Below, one piece after another: positions 63,555 through 64,000 of a DNA stretch of 64,000 nucleotides. Each line of letters opens with the position of its first letter. The stretch's first letter is position 1. A model generated the notes under the pieces. It worked only from the letters and a program-made list of their open reading frames with translations, did no database searches and had not been told where the DNA came from. Position numbers and translations under genes: made by a program. Source of the DNA: Isurus oxyrinchus (Eukaryota); NCBI GenBank assembly GCA_026770705.1, contig JANJGN010000019.1, forward strand, positions 77,996,001 to 78,060,000, read 5' to 3'.

Positions 63555-63775
63555 GTCCTAAGCTTTGGAATTCCCTCACAAACCTCTCCATCTCTTTACC
63601 TCTCTTTTAAAATGCAGCTTAAAACCTTCCTCTAGATCAAACTTTTGATCACCTGTCCTCATGTCTCTTTACTGGGCTTTGTGTCAGTTTTTGTCAGATT
63701 ATGTTCCAATCAAGCGGCTTGGGATACTTTGCTGCGTTAAGGGTGTTGTATGATTACAAGTTGTTATTATTGAAT
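63555..63775 (+). mobile_element. L2 LINE 3' end
   Basis: 'ctttggaattccctc..cttaaaacc..ctagatcaaacttttg' with a gttgttattatt tail. Confidence 0.65.
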
Positions 63776-64000
63776 GGATACTTAATTAAAATAATGGCAG
63801 TAACAGATTATCTCATTGCTTTGTGTGAGACCTTCCTGAATGCAAATTGGTGACAAACATACAAATATGCATCTGAAATATGACAGACCAGGAAAGAGCC
63901 TCTAGTCCATGCAGCCAGTCCCAAACCATCATTTATCACAATATGTAGATTCCCCAACCTATGCAGGATGTGAGCTCCTGGGAGAAGTGTAAAATCAGTT

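Overview
This window is eukaryotic, most likely a shark or other elasmobranch, judging from the DeuSINE/SacSINE1-like SINEs, esterase-ORF1 CR1 LINEs and Penelope termini. It is largely nested, decayed transposons and is probably intronic or intergenic. No intact host protein-coding gene could be recognised; nearly all long ORFs are TE remnants or spurious. It contains many CR1 LINE copies (one near full length), RTE and L2 LINE pieces, DeuSINEs, two complete-ended two-gene PIF/Harbinger transposons plus a remnant and MITEs, several solo LTRs, and Penelope-derived insertions carrying minimal hammerhead ribozymes. The standout is a 2.9-kb Gypsy-type LTR element whose RT/RNaseH/integrase core is replaced by a segment resembling the coiled coil of the host UACA/RAI14/ANKRD24 family, fused in frame to the pol C-terminus. 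Other notable items are a MITE at the LTR/PBS junction, a TSD-flanked mRNA-3'-end retrocopy, an inverted templated insertion and a few candidate non-coding exons. All homology calls are by eye or from memory and need database confirmation.
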